56,653 nt of DNA from Betaproteobacteria bacterium (GTDB lineage Bacteria; Pseudomonadota; Gammaproteobacteria; Burkholderiales; JACQAP01), in the NCBI GenBank assembly GCA_031406075.1, contig JANOGP010000413.1:1-56653 (forward strand), given 5' to 3'. Below, piece after piece: positions 1 to 9,648 of this stretch (position 1 is the stretch's first letter; each line of letters begins with the position of its first letter). The notes beneath the pieces are model-generated. The model was given only the letters and a program-made list of their open reading frames with translations, was not told the origin of the DNA and did no database searches. A program made the translations under genes and the position numbers.

Positions 1-513
1 CATCTCGCGATTGCCTGTGGCGGCGACCAGCGCGCCGTGAAAGGCTTCGTCCAGCGCGCACACCCGCTCCCCGTCGTCGAGCCTTGCATCCGCTGGCACC
101 AGCCAGACGGATTTCAGTTCCTCCAGGTTGGGGCGGTCGGCCTGATCGCAGAGCTGTTTCACCGCGGCGGTTTCGAGCGCGATGCGCAGGTCGTACAGAT
201 CGTCAAACTGCTTGAAATCGAGTTCGCGAACGCTCCAGCCGCTGCGAAAGTGCACCTGCAGGTAGCCCTCGCGCTCCAAACGGTAAAGCGCTTCGCGCGC
301 CGGGGTGCGGCTGACGTTCAGCCGCCCGGCGACCTCGTTCTCGGTAAAACGATCCCCGGGCAGCAGGCGGAAATCGAAGATGTCTTGCTTGATGCCCAGA
401 TACACCGACTCGGCAAGCGACGGTTTACGTTCCTCTTCGACCGCGACCGTTCTGCGTTTGCCGGCGGCAGGACCGGGGCTCCGCGGCCGGCTGCGATCGT
501 CCTTCCGCTTCAA
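1..513 (-). CDS. GntR-family (FadR/FCD-type) transcriptional regulator; C-terminal end lies outside the window
   Basis: Absent from the ORF track because it runs off the window edge. Reverse translation from TTG at 513 gives SLAESVYLGIKQDIFDFRLLPGDRFTENEVAGRLNVSRTPAREALYRLEREGYLQV (GntR winged HTH). This is followed by DDLYDLRIALE...LDEAFHGALVAATGN (FCD-like effector domain). The TTG overlaps the atzF stop (TTGA). Start codon is uncertain. Confidence 0.75.
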   Translation of the reverse strand, partial: MKRKDDRSRPRSPGPAAGKRRTVAVEEERKPSLAESVYLGIKQDIFDFRLLPGDRFTENEVAGRLNVSRTPAREALYRLEREGYLQVHFRSGWSVRELDFKQFDDLYDLRIALETAAVKQLCDQADRPNLEELKSVWLVPADARLDDGERVCALDEAFHGALVAATGNREM

Positions 514-2306
514 CGTGCAGCCTTGCTGGCGAGATATTCGCGCCAGCCGCCGAGGTGCGTTATCTCCTCGGCGCCGTTCACCGCCCAACTCTCGCACAGA
601 AAACCCTGGACCCACTCGCCGTCGTCGAGTTCGACGCGCCCGATTCCCAGCGGTGACGGGATTCCGGCAACGAACGAACCGTATTCGGCCACGGGCAGTC
701 GCCAAACCTCGACGGCGATGACGCTGCCATTGTCGGCATCGCGAACCAGGCCGGGCTTCGGCGGCGTCGTGCCGGGCAGTGCGAATAGCCGGTAGCGGGA
801 GGCGGTGCGTGCCGATTGTTCCAGCCGCGCACCGCGCTCGGTCAGTTGATGGTTGAGCGGCAGTCCCGACAGGTGTGCCCCGACCACGGCCACGCGCACG
901 GTGTCGTCGCCGGTGATGATCGGCGCGGGCGGCGGCAGCACTTCGTCCAGTGCGCCGAGCTTGAGCCCGGTCAGATGATGGAAGCGCTGCGCGAGATCCG
1001 CGAGCATGAGGTCGTTTCCCGCCGGCGCGACCAGCGTGATGCCGAAAGGCAGGCCATCCGGACGTATCGAGCCTGGAACCGCGCAGGCGGCGAGGTCCAT
1101 GAGGTTCACGAAATTGGTGTAGTGCCCGAGCCTGCGATTGTTCAGGAACGGTTCGTCGAGCACCTCTTTGATCGTGTAGATGTTCGGTGCGGTCGGCACC
1201 ACAAGCACGTCGGCCCGGTCCCAGAGTCCGGCGGCGCGCTTTTTCAGCGCCTCCAGCTTCGTCAGCCCGGTGAAAAGATCCGCAGCCGAAAACTTTGATG
1301 CCCCCTCGATGATTTTGCGTACTACAGGGTGTAACTGATCGGGACGGCTTTCGAAGAACGCACGGATTGCCGCCAGCCGTTCCGCCACCCACGGCCCTTC
1401 GTAGAGCAACGCCGCGGTTTCCAGGAACACCGAGAAATCTACGCCGACCGGCCGGCCGCCGAGGCCCTCGAGCTTGTCTACTGCGTCATGAAACGCGTGC
1501 CTTGCGTGGTCGTCGCCGTGGAATTCGAGCGGCTCGGGAAGCGCGAAAGTGAAGCGCTCGGGCAGCGCCGGGACGGACAGATCGAGTGCACGCGACCAGG
1601 GGTCATCCGGATCCGGGCCACGCGCCGCGCCGAGTACCGCGATAGCGTCGGAAACCGTGAGCGCGAACACCGATACGCAGTCCAGTGACTGGCAGGCGGG
1701 CACGACGCCGCGGGCGCTGATCAGGCCGCGGCTCGGTTTCAAGCCGACAATGTTGTTGAATCCCGCCGGTACCCGGCCCGACCCAGCGGTATCGGTTCCA
1801 AGCGCGAAGCTCACCTGGCCACGGGCGACCGTGACCGCGGAGCCGGAACTGGAGCCTCCGGAGATATACTCCGGCCGGAATGCGTTGGGAACTGCGCCGT
1901 AGGGCGAGCGCGTGCCCACCAGTCCAGTGGCGAACTGGTCCAGATTGGTCTTCCCGACCAGGATGGCGCCGGCCGCCTCGAGTTTCTCCACCACGGTGGC
2001 GGAGCGTTTGGGAACGTAGGAAAAGGCCGGACACGCCGCAGTTGTCGGCATTCCCGCAACGTCGATGTTGTCCTTGACCGCAAACGGGACCCCGTACAGC
2101 GGCAGGCGGTCAATTACGCGCGCATCCTCGCGCAGCATTTGTTCGAGATTGCGGGCGCAACGGGCCAGTGCGTCGGCGCCGACCCTGCAGATCCAGGCGC
2201 AGGCATAGGCCTCATCGTTCCCGGACTGCAGTGATTTCAACACTGCGCCGGGTGTAAGCTTGCCCGACCGGTAATCGGCGAGCAGCGAAGGTATGGTCAT
2301 GGACAC
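510..2306 (-). CDS. atzF: allophanate hydrolase (amidase-signature family, AtzF-like)
   Basis: 598-aa ORF with amidase-signature block YISGGSSSGSAVTVARGQVSFALGTDTAGSGRVPA. It also has the extra C-terminal ~130-aa domain typical of allophanate hydrolases. Start is GTG 2306 or ATG 2300. Confidence 0.85.
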   Translation of the reverse strand: MSMTIPSLLADYRSGKLTPGAVLKSLQSGNDEAYACAWICRVGADALARCARNLEQMLREDARVIDRLPLYGVPFAVKDNIDVAGMPTTAACPAFSYVPKRSATVVEKLEAAGAILVGKTNLDQFATGLVGTRSPYGAVPNAFRPEYISGGSSSGSAVTVARGQVSFALGTDTAGSGRVPAGFNNIVGLKPSRGLISARGVVPACQSLDCVSVFALTVSDAIAVLGAARGPDPDDPWSRALDLSVPALPERFTFALPEPLEFHGDDHARHAFHDAVDKLEGLGGRPVGVDFSVFLETAALLYEGPWVAERLAAIRAFFESRPDQLHPVVRKIIEGASKFSAADLFTGLTKLEALKKRAAGLWDRADVLVVPTAPNIYTIKEVLDEPFLNNRRLGHYTNFVNLMDLAACAVPGSIRPDGLPFGITLVAPAGNDLMLADLAQRFHHLTGLKLGALDEVLPPPAPIITGDDTVRVAVVGAHLSGLPLNHQLTERGARLEQSARTASRYRLFALPGTTPPKPGLVRDADNGSVIAVEVWRLPVAEYGSFVAGIPSPLGIGRVELDDGEWVQGFLCESWAVNGAEEITHLGGWREYLASKAAR

Positions 2307-2327
2307 TGCGTTCCCCCGTGTGGCATC

Positions 2328-2349
2328 TTGTATACTAGCAAGTATACCA
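2328..2349. promoter_or_regulatory. putative GntR operator: imperfect 22-bp palindrome with two GTATAC cores
   Basis: TTGTATACTAG|CAAGTATACCA is symmetric in 9 of 11 positions about 2338/2339. It sits in the 74-bp divergent spacer between atzF (start 2306) and the hydrolase operon (start 2381). It fits the GT-Nx-AC type sites used by GntR-family proteins. Confidence 0.4.
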
Positions 2350-2380
2350 AGCGATGCTCTAATCAGTCAGGAGGATAAAA

Positions 2381-3052
2381 ATGGCAACCAAGGCGATCGA
2401 GGCTGAACCGTACGAAATGGAATTCGACCCGAAGACCACTGCGCTGCTGATCATCGACATGCAGCGCGACTTCGTCATGCCGGGAGGATTCGGCGAGGCA
2501 CTTGGTAACGACGTCACCCCGCTGCAGGCGACTATCGCGCCGACCAAGCGGGTGCTGGAGGCGGCGCGCAAGAAGGGGATGCTGGTCATCCACACCCGCG
2601 AGGGCCATAGACCTGACCTAACCGACTGTCCGCCGACCAAGCTGGTGCGGGGCAGGGGAAAGACGCGAATTGGCGATGCCGGGCCGATGGGACGCATCCT
2701 GGTGCGCGGGGAGATCGGCCACGACATCGTGCCGGAACTGTATCCCGCGCCCGGGGAGCCCGTGATCGACAAGCCCGGCAAAGGCGCGTTCTACGCCACG
2801 GACCTCGAGCTGATTCTGCGTGATCGCGGCATCAAGACGCTGATCGTGTGCGGCGTGACGACCGAAGTCTGCGTCAACACCAGCGTGCGCGAAGCCAACG
2901 ACCGCGGCTATGAATGCGTGGTGCTCTCCGACTGCGTGGGGTCATATTTCCCGGAGTTCCAGAAAGCCGCGCTCGCGATGATCAAGGCCCAGGGCGGCAT
3001 CTTCGGCTGGGTATCCGACTCGCGCCGCGCGCTGGCCGCGCTCGGTGCGTGA
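2381..3052 (+). CDS. isochorismatase-family cysteine hydrolase, biuret hydrolase (BiuH)-like
   Basis: 223 aa with Asp/Lys/Cys triad contexts [20 protein letters not shown] and [22 protein letters not shown] is GGAGGA 7 nt upstream. The BiuH-like call rests on adjacency to allophanate hydrolase; substrate is not provable from sequence. Confidence 0.75.
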   Translation: MATKAIEAEPYEMEFDPKTTALLIIDMQRDFVMPGGFGEALGNDVTPLQATIAPTKRVLEAARKKGMLVIHTREGHRPDLTDCPPTKLVRGRGKTRIGDAGPMGRILVRGEIGHDIVPELYPAPGEPVIDKPGKGAFYATDLELILRDRGIKTLIVCGVTTEVCVNTSVREANDRGYECVVLSDCVGSYFPEFQKAALAMIKAQGGIFGWVSDSRRALAALGA

Positions 3053-4067
3053 GAACAGGTACACGGCGGCGCGGCGCGTTTCCGGTGGTTCGGTGACAGA
3101 CAACGGGGAGGTCTTGTTTGCAGACAGCGTCGGCGCGCGCGTGCCGCCGCGCGCCCGCGCGCAAGTACACAGCGTTTTCCTGCGCGCATTCAACATCGAA
3201 ACGGATTCCGGCGAGCTGGTTACCTTACTCGCGCCGGGCTCCGGCAATCTCCCGCACGGGATCCGCTGCGCCTCGCCGATCGCGCCGTTTCGCGCTTGGC
3301 TGCGGCAGGGACAATCGGCGATTCTCGAAGACGCCACCTTGTGCATTTCGGCTGCGGGTTTCGTGGTGGATCTCTCCCGTGCCGCAATCTGGGACGGAAC
3401 GGTCGCCGCCGCGTTACCCGGACTGCGCGGCGCGGTGCCGCAAGGAGCGCTCCGCGAATTGTGCGGGACGCTGCGTGAGCGCGCGCCGGATCAGGGCGTC
3501 GCGCCGGCGCTGTTCTCCTCCGCAAGCCCTCGCTCGACGCTCGAACGCGCGTTGGTTGCGCGCATGGCTCAAACGCTGCCGAGGCTGGCGCGCGCGACCG
3601 AAACAAGCGATGCTGGCGCCGTCGTTTCGGCGATAAGCGCGCTGGTGGGCCTCGGCACCGGGCTCACGCCGGCGGGAGACGACTTCATCGTCGGTTATCT
3701 CGCGGCGCTGTGGAGCCGCGCGCACCACGAATCCGGTATGGCAGCGCTGTTGAGCGCGCTCGCGGTACCTGTCGGGCAGTTGTCGCTGGGTACCAACGCG
3801 ATCAGCCGCCAGATGTTGCTCGATGCGCTACAAGGTCATTTCGCGGAGCGCCTGACCGAAGTGGTGCGCTGCGTTTGCGGTGGCGGCGACATCGCTGGTG
3901 CCACCATGCGGGCCCTGGAGGTCGGACACAGTTCGGGAGCGGACGCTTTGTGCGGGCTGCTGTTTGGATATTCGCCAACGCCGACCGCGAGGCGGATCCA
4001 GGCCGCCGCGACAGATATTCATTTCCGCGTTTGCCATGCCGAGCGCGCGGCGGCGATCGCCTGTTGA
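3045..4067 (+). CDS. ylbF: DUF2877 protein (YlbF/AllH-like)
   Basis: 340-aa ORF with [23 protein letters not shown] and [11 protein letters not shown] blocks as in DUF2877. It sits directly upstream of fdrA, as in the fdrA-ylbE-ylbF gene sets. The GTG start at 3045 overlaps the preceding stop by 8 nt; start is uncertain. Confidence 0.65.
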   Translation: MRENRYTAARRVSGGSVTDNGEVLFADSVGARVPPRARAQVHSVFLRAFNIETDSGELVTLLAPGSGNLPHGIRCASPIAPFRAWLRQGQSAILEDATLCISAAGFVVDLSRAAIWDGTVAAALPGLRGAVPQGALRELCGTLRERAPDQGVAPALFSSASPRSTLERALVARMAQTLPRLARATETSDAGAVVSAISALVGLGTGLTPAGDDFIVGYLAALWSRAHHESGMAALLSALAVPVGQLSLGTNAISRQMLLDALQGHFAERLTEVVRCVCGGGDIAGATMRALEVGHSSGADALCGLLFGYSPTPTARRIQAAATDIHFRVCHAERAAAIAC

Positions 4068-4083
4068 CCCGGGAGAAAAGGTT

Positions 4084-5658
4084 TTGTCGGCCACACTGGT
4101 AAAAATCGTGCCCAGGGAATACCGGGACTCGGTCTCGCTGATGCAGCTGTCCGCGTTGCTGGGGAAGCTACCCGGCGTGGAGCAGGCTTCCGCAGTGATG
4201 GCCACCGAGAACAACCTGGCATTGCTCGCGGAAGCGGGGCTGCGCGTCGATGCGAAAGGCGCGAGCGCGAGCGACTTGATGATCGTGGTGCAGGGAGAGA
4301 AGTCGGCACTGCCTGCCGCGATCGAGGAGGCGATGAAGAGCCTCACGCGGCAGACCGAGGATACCGGCGGCGAGGCGCGGGCCGCGCTGCGCCCGCGCAG
4401 CGTCCAGATGGCGCTGAAGACGACGCCGGAAAGCAACATGGTGCTCATATCCACGCCGGGGGACTACGCCGGGGCCGAAGCGATGAAAGCGCTGCGCCTC
4501 GGTCTGAATGTGATGTTGTTCAGCAACAATGTCTCGGAGGAGGAAGAGCTCCTGCTCAAACGTTTCGCGCGCGATTCAGACCTTATCGTCATGGGCCCGG
4601 ACTGCGGCACCGCGATAATCAACGGGACACCGCTCGCCTTTGCCAACGTGGTGAATCGTGGCCCCATAGGCGTGGTTGGCGCCTCGGGCACCGGGTTGCA
4701 ACAGGTCACCGTGCTGGTGGACCGGCTGGGCTCGGGCATCTCGCAGGCGATCGGCACCGGCGGGCGCGATCTGCACCGCGATATCGGCGCAATCTCGATG
4801 CTCAAGGGGTTGAAGGACCTGGCCGCGGATCCGGCGACCCGGGTCATCGTGCTGATATCCAAACCGCCCGCTCCCGAAGTGGCCGAGCGCGTACTCGCCG
4901 AGGCGGCCAAGGCCGGCAAGCCGGTGGTGGTGAACTTCCTCGGCACCGATCCCAAGCAGGTCGGGCGCAAAGGCGTGCACGCCGTGAAAACGCTGGAGGA
5001 TGCCGCGCGCGCGGCCGTCGCCTTTGTCAAGGGCGAAAAGCCGCGCGACAGTTACGCCGAAGCGCCTGCGGCGCAGTCCGGGCTGCCAAGCTTCGGCGAC
5101 ACGCAGCGCTATGTTCGCGGGCTCTACAGCGGCGGCACGTTCTGCTACGAGGCCACATTGCTGCTCGGCGAACTCCTGGGCGACGTCCATTCGAATACGC
5201 CCACGCGCGGCACCGCGGAACTGGCCGACGTCTGGCAAAGCCGGCAGCACACGCTGGTCGACCTCGGAGACGACGTCTTCACGCGCGGGCGTCCGCACCC
5301 GATGATCGATTACCGCTTGCGCACCGAGCGCATCGGCAAGGAGGCGGAGGATCCGGAGACCGCCGTGATCCTGCTCGACGTGGTGCTGGGATTTGGCAGC
5401 CACATGGACCCCTCGAGCGAACTGGTGCCGGCGATCCATCGTGCCCGCGCGACCGCGTCTGCGCAGGGAAGAGCCATTGCCTTCGTCGGCCAGATCTGCG
5501 GCACCGCCGCCGATCCGCAGGATTTTGCCCGGCAGGCGCGGGCGCTTGCCGACGCCGGCATGCTGTTCGCCGATAGCAATGCGCAGGCGGTGCGTCTCGC
5601 GGCCGGCATCGTCTCGACGCTCGCCCCATCGCAGGCCCAGCGCTTGCGCAAATCGTAA
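4084..5658 (+). CDS. fdrA: FdrA/AllF-like protein (succinyl-CoA-synthetase-alpha-like fold)
   Basis: N-terminus VKIVPREYRDSVSLMQLSALL matches the FdrA N-terminus type. Also has GPDCGTAIINGTPLAFANVV, IGVVGASGTGLQ and AIGTGGRD blocks. I chose TTG 4084 (GGGAG 8 nt upstream) rather than the track start 3880, which overlaps the DUF2877 gene. Confidence 0.85.
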   Translation: MSATLVKIVPREYRDSVSLMQLSALLGKLPGVEQASAVMATENNLALLAEAGLRVDAKGASASDLMIVVQGEKSALPAAIEEAMKSLTRQTEDTGGEARAALRPRSVQMALKTTPESNMVLISTPGDYAGAEAMKALRLGLNVMLFSNNVSEEEELLLKRFARDSDLIVMGPDCGTAIINGTPLAFANVVNRGPIGVVGASGTGLQQVTVLVDRLGSGISQAIGTGGRDLHRDIGAISMLKGLKDLAADPATRVIVLISKPPAPEVAERVLAEAAKAGKPVVVNFLGTDPKQVGRKGVHAVKTLEDAARAAVAFVKGEKPRDSYAEAPAAQSGLPSFGDTQRYVRGLYSGGTFCYEATLLLGELLGDVHSNTPTRGTAELADVWQSRQHTLVDLGDDVFTRGRPHPMIDYRLRTERIGKEAEDPETAVILLDVVLGFGSHMDPSSELVPAIHRARATASAQGRAIAFVGQICGTAADPQDFARQARALADAGMLFADSNAQAVRLAAGIVSTLAPSQAQRLRKS

Positions 5659-5675
5659 CGCGGCATCCAAACGCG

Positions 5676-7115
5676 ATGAACAAGCTGTTCCAGGAAAATC
5701 GGCCTCTGATCAATGTCGGATTGCAGTCGTTCGCCGATTCCATCGTGGCGGCCGGGGGCAGGGCGGTGCAATTGGACTGGACGCCTCCCGCCGGGGGTAA
5801 CCGCGCGGCAGGCTGGTGCCTGGCGCAGTTGTTGAATCATCCATCGCTGGAAGCTGCAAACGAAAAAGCGTACGCCGCATTCCTGGCCGCGCAGCCTGTG
5901 CTTGCCGGGATCGGTGTAGCGCGCGAGAATCTGCCCGATATGGGTGAGCGCATGATCCTGCACGCCGGACCGCCGATCGCGTGGAAAGAAATGTGCGGGC
6001 CAATGCGGGGAGCGGTGATTGGCGCGATCCTGTACGAAGGCTGGGCAGCGGACGCGGACGCGGCCGGGCGGCTGGCCGGCAGCGGCAGCATCGCTTTCGA
6101 GCCGGCGCATCATCACGCCGCGGTGGGCCCGATGGCCGGGGTCATGAGCCCGTCGATGCCGGTATGGATCATCGAGAACGCAGCGGGCAAAAACCGCGCG
6201 TTTTCCAACCTGAACGAGGGCCTCGGCAAGGTGCTGCGCTTCGGCGCAAATTCACCGGAAGTGATCAAGCGCCTGCACTGGATGGCGCAGGTCCTTGCGC
6301 CAGCCCTCGCCGCGGCGCTCGCGAAACTGGGACCGATGGAACTCAAGCCGCTCATCGCGCAGGCGCTGCAGATGGGCGACGAAGTCCACAACCGCAATGC
6401 GGCCGCGTCGTCGTTGTTCCTGAAAAAGATCGTGCCCGCGGCGCTGTACTCCGGCTTCGACGCGCCCGCGATCGCCGATGCGGTGACGTTCATCGCCGGC
6501 AACGATCACTTCTTCCTGAACCTGTCGATGGCGGCATGCAAGACCATGCTCGATGCCGCGCACGGCGTGCCGGACAGCAGCCTGGTCACCGCGATGTCGC
6601 GCAATGGCGTGCGCTTCGGCATCCGCCTTTCTGGGACCGGCGAACAATGGTTCGAAGCGCCCTCCCCGGTGGTGGGCGGACTGTACTTCCCGAGCTACGG
6701 AGCAGAGCACGCGGCGCCGGACATGGGCGACAGCTCGATTACCGAGACCGCGGGCCTCGGCGGCTTCGCAATGGCCACGGCGCCCGCCATCGTCCAGTTT
6801 GTCGGCGGTACCCCTCAGGACGCAATCGCCAATACGCGCGAAATGCGGCACATCACGCTGGGACGCAACAGCGCATTCACGCTGCCGGCGATGAATTTCA
6901 GCGGCACGCCCGCCGGCATCGATGCCCGCCGCGTGCTCGATACCAACATCACGCCGATCATCAATACCGGCATCGCGCACAAGGAAGCCGGAGTCGGCCA
7001 GATCGGCGCCGGCATCACGCGCGCGCCGCTCGAGTGTTTCACCCAGGCCATCATCGCGCTGGCCTCACGGGTCGGCGTCGGCATGCCCGGCAGCATCCGC
7101 TCCACACCCTCATAG
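5676..7115 (+). CDS. ylbE: DUF1116 protein (YlbE/AllG-like)
   Basis: 479-aa ORF starting 17 nt after fdrA. N-terminus INVGLQSFADSIVAAGGRAVQLDWTPPAGGN and length fit DUF1116 proteins encoded next to fdrA. Confidence 0.8.
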   Translation: MNKLFQENRPLINVGLQSFADSIVAAGGRAVQLDWTPPAGGNRAAGWCLAQLLNHPSLEAANEKAYAAFLAAQPVLAGIGVARENLPDMGERMILHAGPPIAWKEMCGPMRGAVIGAILYEGWAADADAAGRLAGSGSIAFEPAHHHAAVGPMAGVMSPSMPVWIIENAAGKNRAFSNLNEGLGKVLRFGANSPEVIKRLHWMAQVLAPALAAALAKLGPMELKPLIAQALQMGDEVHNRNAAASSLFLKKIVPAALYSGFDAPAIADAVTFIAGNDHFFLNLSMAACKTMLDAAHGVPDSSLVTAMSRNGVRFGIRLSGTGEQWFEAPSPVVGGLYFPSYGAEHAAPDMGDSSITETAGLGGFAMATAPAIVQFVGGTPQDAIANTREMRHITLGRNSAFTLPAMNFSGTPAGIDARRVLDTNITPIINTGIAHKEAGVGQIGAGITRAPLECFTQAIIALASRVGVGMPGSIRSTPS

Positions 7116-7126
7116 AGGAGATCGCG

Positions 7127-8080
7127 ATGGCCAAGCGCAAACATACGGCGGTCGTTGCTGTCGGCGGCAATTCGCTGATCGTGGACGATCAGCACCAGTC
7201 GATACCTGACCAGGTGAAGGCGGCGACGACAACATCGCATTACGTCGCCGACATGGTCGAGGCCGGCTGGACGGTAGTCCTCACGCACGGCAATGGCCCG
7301 CAGGTGGGATTCATCCTGCGCCGCTCGGGAATCGCGAAGGGCGTGGTGCCGGAGGTGCCAGTGGACTACGCCGACGCCGACACGCAGGGTGCGATCGGCT
7401 ACATGTTCCAGCGCGCGCTCTACAACGAGTTCCAGCGCCGCAAGCTCAAGCGCAAAGTGGTGGCCGTGGTCACCCAGGTGCTGGTGGATCCGGGCGATCC
7501 CGCATTCCGCAGTCCGACCAAACCGATCGGTGCGCACATGACCGAGGACGTGGCCAAGTCGCTGGCGGACGATCTCGGCTGGGTCGTGAGGGAAGATGCC
7601 GGCCGCGGCTGGCGGCGTGTGGTCGCCTCGCCGATGCCGCAGCAGATCATCGAGCACGACATCATTGAGGCGCTGATCGACCTGGGCTACATCGTGATCG
7701 CCTGCGGTGGCGGCGGCATTCCGGTGCTGCGCGACGCGCAGGGCGACCTGCAGGGCCTCGAGGCGGTGATCGACAAGGACTTCGCCTCCAGCCTCCTGGC
7801 ACGCGACCTCGGCGCCGAACTGTTCGTGGTTTCCACGGGCGTGGAGAAAGTGGCGATCGACTTCGGCAAACCTACGCAACGCTGGCTTGAACGCATTACC
7901 CTGGCGGAGGCGCGCAAATATCTTGCCGATGGCCAGTTCCCGAAGGGAAGCATGGGCCCGAAGATCGAGGCCATCAATTCATTTCTGGAAGGCGGCGGCA
8001 CGCGCGCCATGATCACCAATCCGCCCAATCTCGGGCGCGCGCTATCCGGCGCCACAGGCACGCATATCGTGCCCGCCTGA
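7127..8080 (+). CDS. arcC: carbamate kinase (ArcC/AllK-like)
   Basis: 317 aa from ATG 7127 (GAGGAG RBS). Motifs are AVVAVGGNSL, LTHGNGPQVG and IACGGGGIPV. The track ORF 5981-8080 is this frame extended upstream through ylbE. Confidence 0.9.
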   Translation: MAKRKHTAVVAVGGNSLIVDDQHQSIPDQVKAATTTSHYVADMVEAGWTVVLTHGNGPQVGFILRRSGIAKGVVPEVPVDYADADTQGAIGYMFQRALYNEFQRRKLKRKVVAVVTQVLVDPGDPAFRSPTKPIGAHMTEDVAKSLADDLGWVVREDAGRGWRRVVASPMPQQIIEHDIIEALIDLGYIVIACGGGGIPVLRDAQGDLQGLEAVIDKDFASSLLARDLGAELFVVSTGVEKVAIDFGKPTQRWLERITLAEARKYLADGQFPKGSMGPKIEAINSFLEGGGTRAMITNPPNLGRALSGATGTHIVPA

Positions 8081-8112
8081 GCGCCGGATTGCGCGGCTGC
8101 GCTGCTTAAACT

Positions 8113-9648
8113 CTATGCCGCCGAGGTCTGGCGCGACATTGCCAGGCAGAGCGCACCGAACATGACGTAACCGAGCGACACCAGCGGCGAGACCATCCAG
8201 CCCAGAGCCGGCCCGTGTATCAGACCGACAAAGGCCAGTGCCGCGCCAATGAATGCCGTCACCGCGGCGTGCGAGAGCTTGCGGTCGATGATGAATGCCG
8301 CCATCGCACCCAGCACCATGCCGGCCAGCACCGATCCGCTGCCGAGCACCGCGAGCCCCTGATAGACCACGCCGACCTGCCCGAGCGCGGCCATGCCGAC
8401 TTTGTCGGCGCTGGTGCCGGCAGCGCCCAGCGCACCGTCGATATTGATCTTTGCCCACTCGGCGATGTTCGGAATGATCGCCAGCACCACCGCAGGCGCG
8501 TGCTTGGCAGGGCTCGCCTGAAATGCCTGCGCACCGATCACCAGGCCGATGTAAAGCAGGATCGGCAGGATCGCCACCAAGGGGATCAGGTTGAGCAGTA
8601 GTGCGGTGAGGCCGAGGAAACACACCAGCGCAATCGCCACGCCGGTGGCGAGCGAGTAACCGATGCGGCCGCCCACCGATTTCCAGCCCGGATGGCCGAT
8701 GTAGACCGCGGGCGGGAACGGGCTTCCCAGCATCGAACCCACGATCGCCCCGATGCCGTCTGCCGCGAGAATTTTGCGCAGGTTGTAATTATCCCCTGCC
8801 GCCGAGGCGCTTTCTACGTTGTTCATCGCCTCGGTGAAGTTGTAGATTCCCAGCGGGATGGCCGTGGCCAGCAGTGGCGCGATTCCGGCGAGGCCGCGGA
8901 ACACATCTGCCGAGAACCACGGCAGGTGCAGGCCGAATTGCTCGAAGGCCGCGCCGACCTGATCGCCTTTCATGTAGTCGCTCCAGCCGAACGCAGCCGC
9001 GAGCCAGCCGATCGCGGCGCCGACAAGCACCGCCGCGAGGCCGCCGGGAATTCCACCAGGCAGGCGGATGTTCGCGGTCCAGGCTATCAGCACGATAGCG
9101 AAACAGACGAAGCCGATCCATGGCACTTCCCACATCTGGAATGCCGGGCGCATCGAGATGAAGGCGATGGAGATGCCGGCCAGCGTGCCGAGCATCGCCG
9201 CGCGCGGCGTCATTTTGCGGATCCACGGCCCGACGAAACACCCCAGCAGCACGATCACGCCGATGATGAAGGCCCAGGCCAGCCCCGCTGCATAGGCAAT
9301 CATCGGGTCCTTGGTGGCGAGGTAGGTGGGCAACATCACCACCAGCACCACGATGAACATGTGTGGAACGCTGGGCCCGTAAGGCATCGCCGTGACGTCG
9401 GAGCGGCCCTCCTTCTTCGCCATTTGCCACGCGAGGTAGGCGTAGAACAGGTTGCCGATCGGCAGCGCGATACCCAGTGCCGGCAGCACGCGCCCGTAGA
9501 CCGTGTCGGGCGGAAGTTGCACCACGTAAAGGCACAGCGTGGTCAGGACGATGACATTGAGCAGAACGTTTGTGAAAAGACCGAAGAAGCCGTTCCAATC
9601 GCCCGGCACCCACCAGCGTGGGCTTGCAGCAGATCCGGCAGCACTCAT
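8113..9648 (-). CDS. NCS2/AzgA-superfamily-like permease (substrate unknown)
   Basis: 511 aa, strongly hydrophobic throughout (multi-pass). The C-terminal block LAADGIGAIVGSMLGSPFPPAVYIGHPGWKSVGGRIGYSL resembles the T.YIES..G...GGRTGL block of AzgA-type purine permeases. Convergent with arcC. Confidence 0.6.
   Translation of the reverse strand: MSAAGSAASPRWWVPGDWNGFFGLFTNVLLNVIVLTTLCLYVVQLPPDTVYGRVLPALGIALPIGNLFYAYLAWQMAKKEGRSDVTAMPYGPSVPHMFIVVLVVMLPTYLATKDPMIAYAAGLAWAFIIGVIVLLGCFVGPWIRKMTPRAAMLGTLAGISIAFISMRPAFQMWEVPWIGFVCFAIVLIAWTANIRLPGGIPGGLAAVLVGAAIGWLAAAFGWSDYMKGDQVGAAFEQFGLHLPWFSADVFRGLAGIAPLLATAIPLGIYNFTEAMNNVESASAAGDNYNLRKILAADGIGAIVGSMLGSPFPPAVYIGHPGWKSVGGRIGYSLATGVAIALVCFLGLTALLLNLIPLVAILPILLYIGLVIGAQAFQASPAKHAPAVVLAIIPNIAEWAKINIDGALGAAGTSADKVGMAALGQVGVVYQGLAVLGSGSVLAGMVLGAMAAFIIDRKLSHAAVTAFIGAALAFVGLIHGPALGWMVSPLVSLGYVMFGALCLAMSRQTSAA

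Noticed and set aside
37-795. 252-aa plus-strand ORF at the window start.
   Set aside because: It is antisense to the GntR regulator and the 3' end of atzF, both of which have clear family motifs. The plus-strand product has none.
3880-4083. Longer fdrA start proposed by the ORF track. Similar extended starts are 10846 for the Mo-hydroxylase, 26802 for amiC, 52892 for pgi, 53555 for the phasin, 18983 for the exported protein and 34566 for ureAB.
   Set aside because: The extensions overlap upstream genes or repeat elements and lack similarity to the family N-termini. The internal starts have RBSs and give family-typical lengths.
5981-7126. Upstream 380 codons of the 699-aa track ORF 5981-8080.
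   Set aside because: Only the part from ATG 7127 matches carbamate kinase and has an RBS. The upstream part overlaps the DUF1116 gene out of frame and is Arg/Gly-rich junk.
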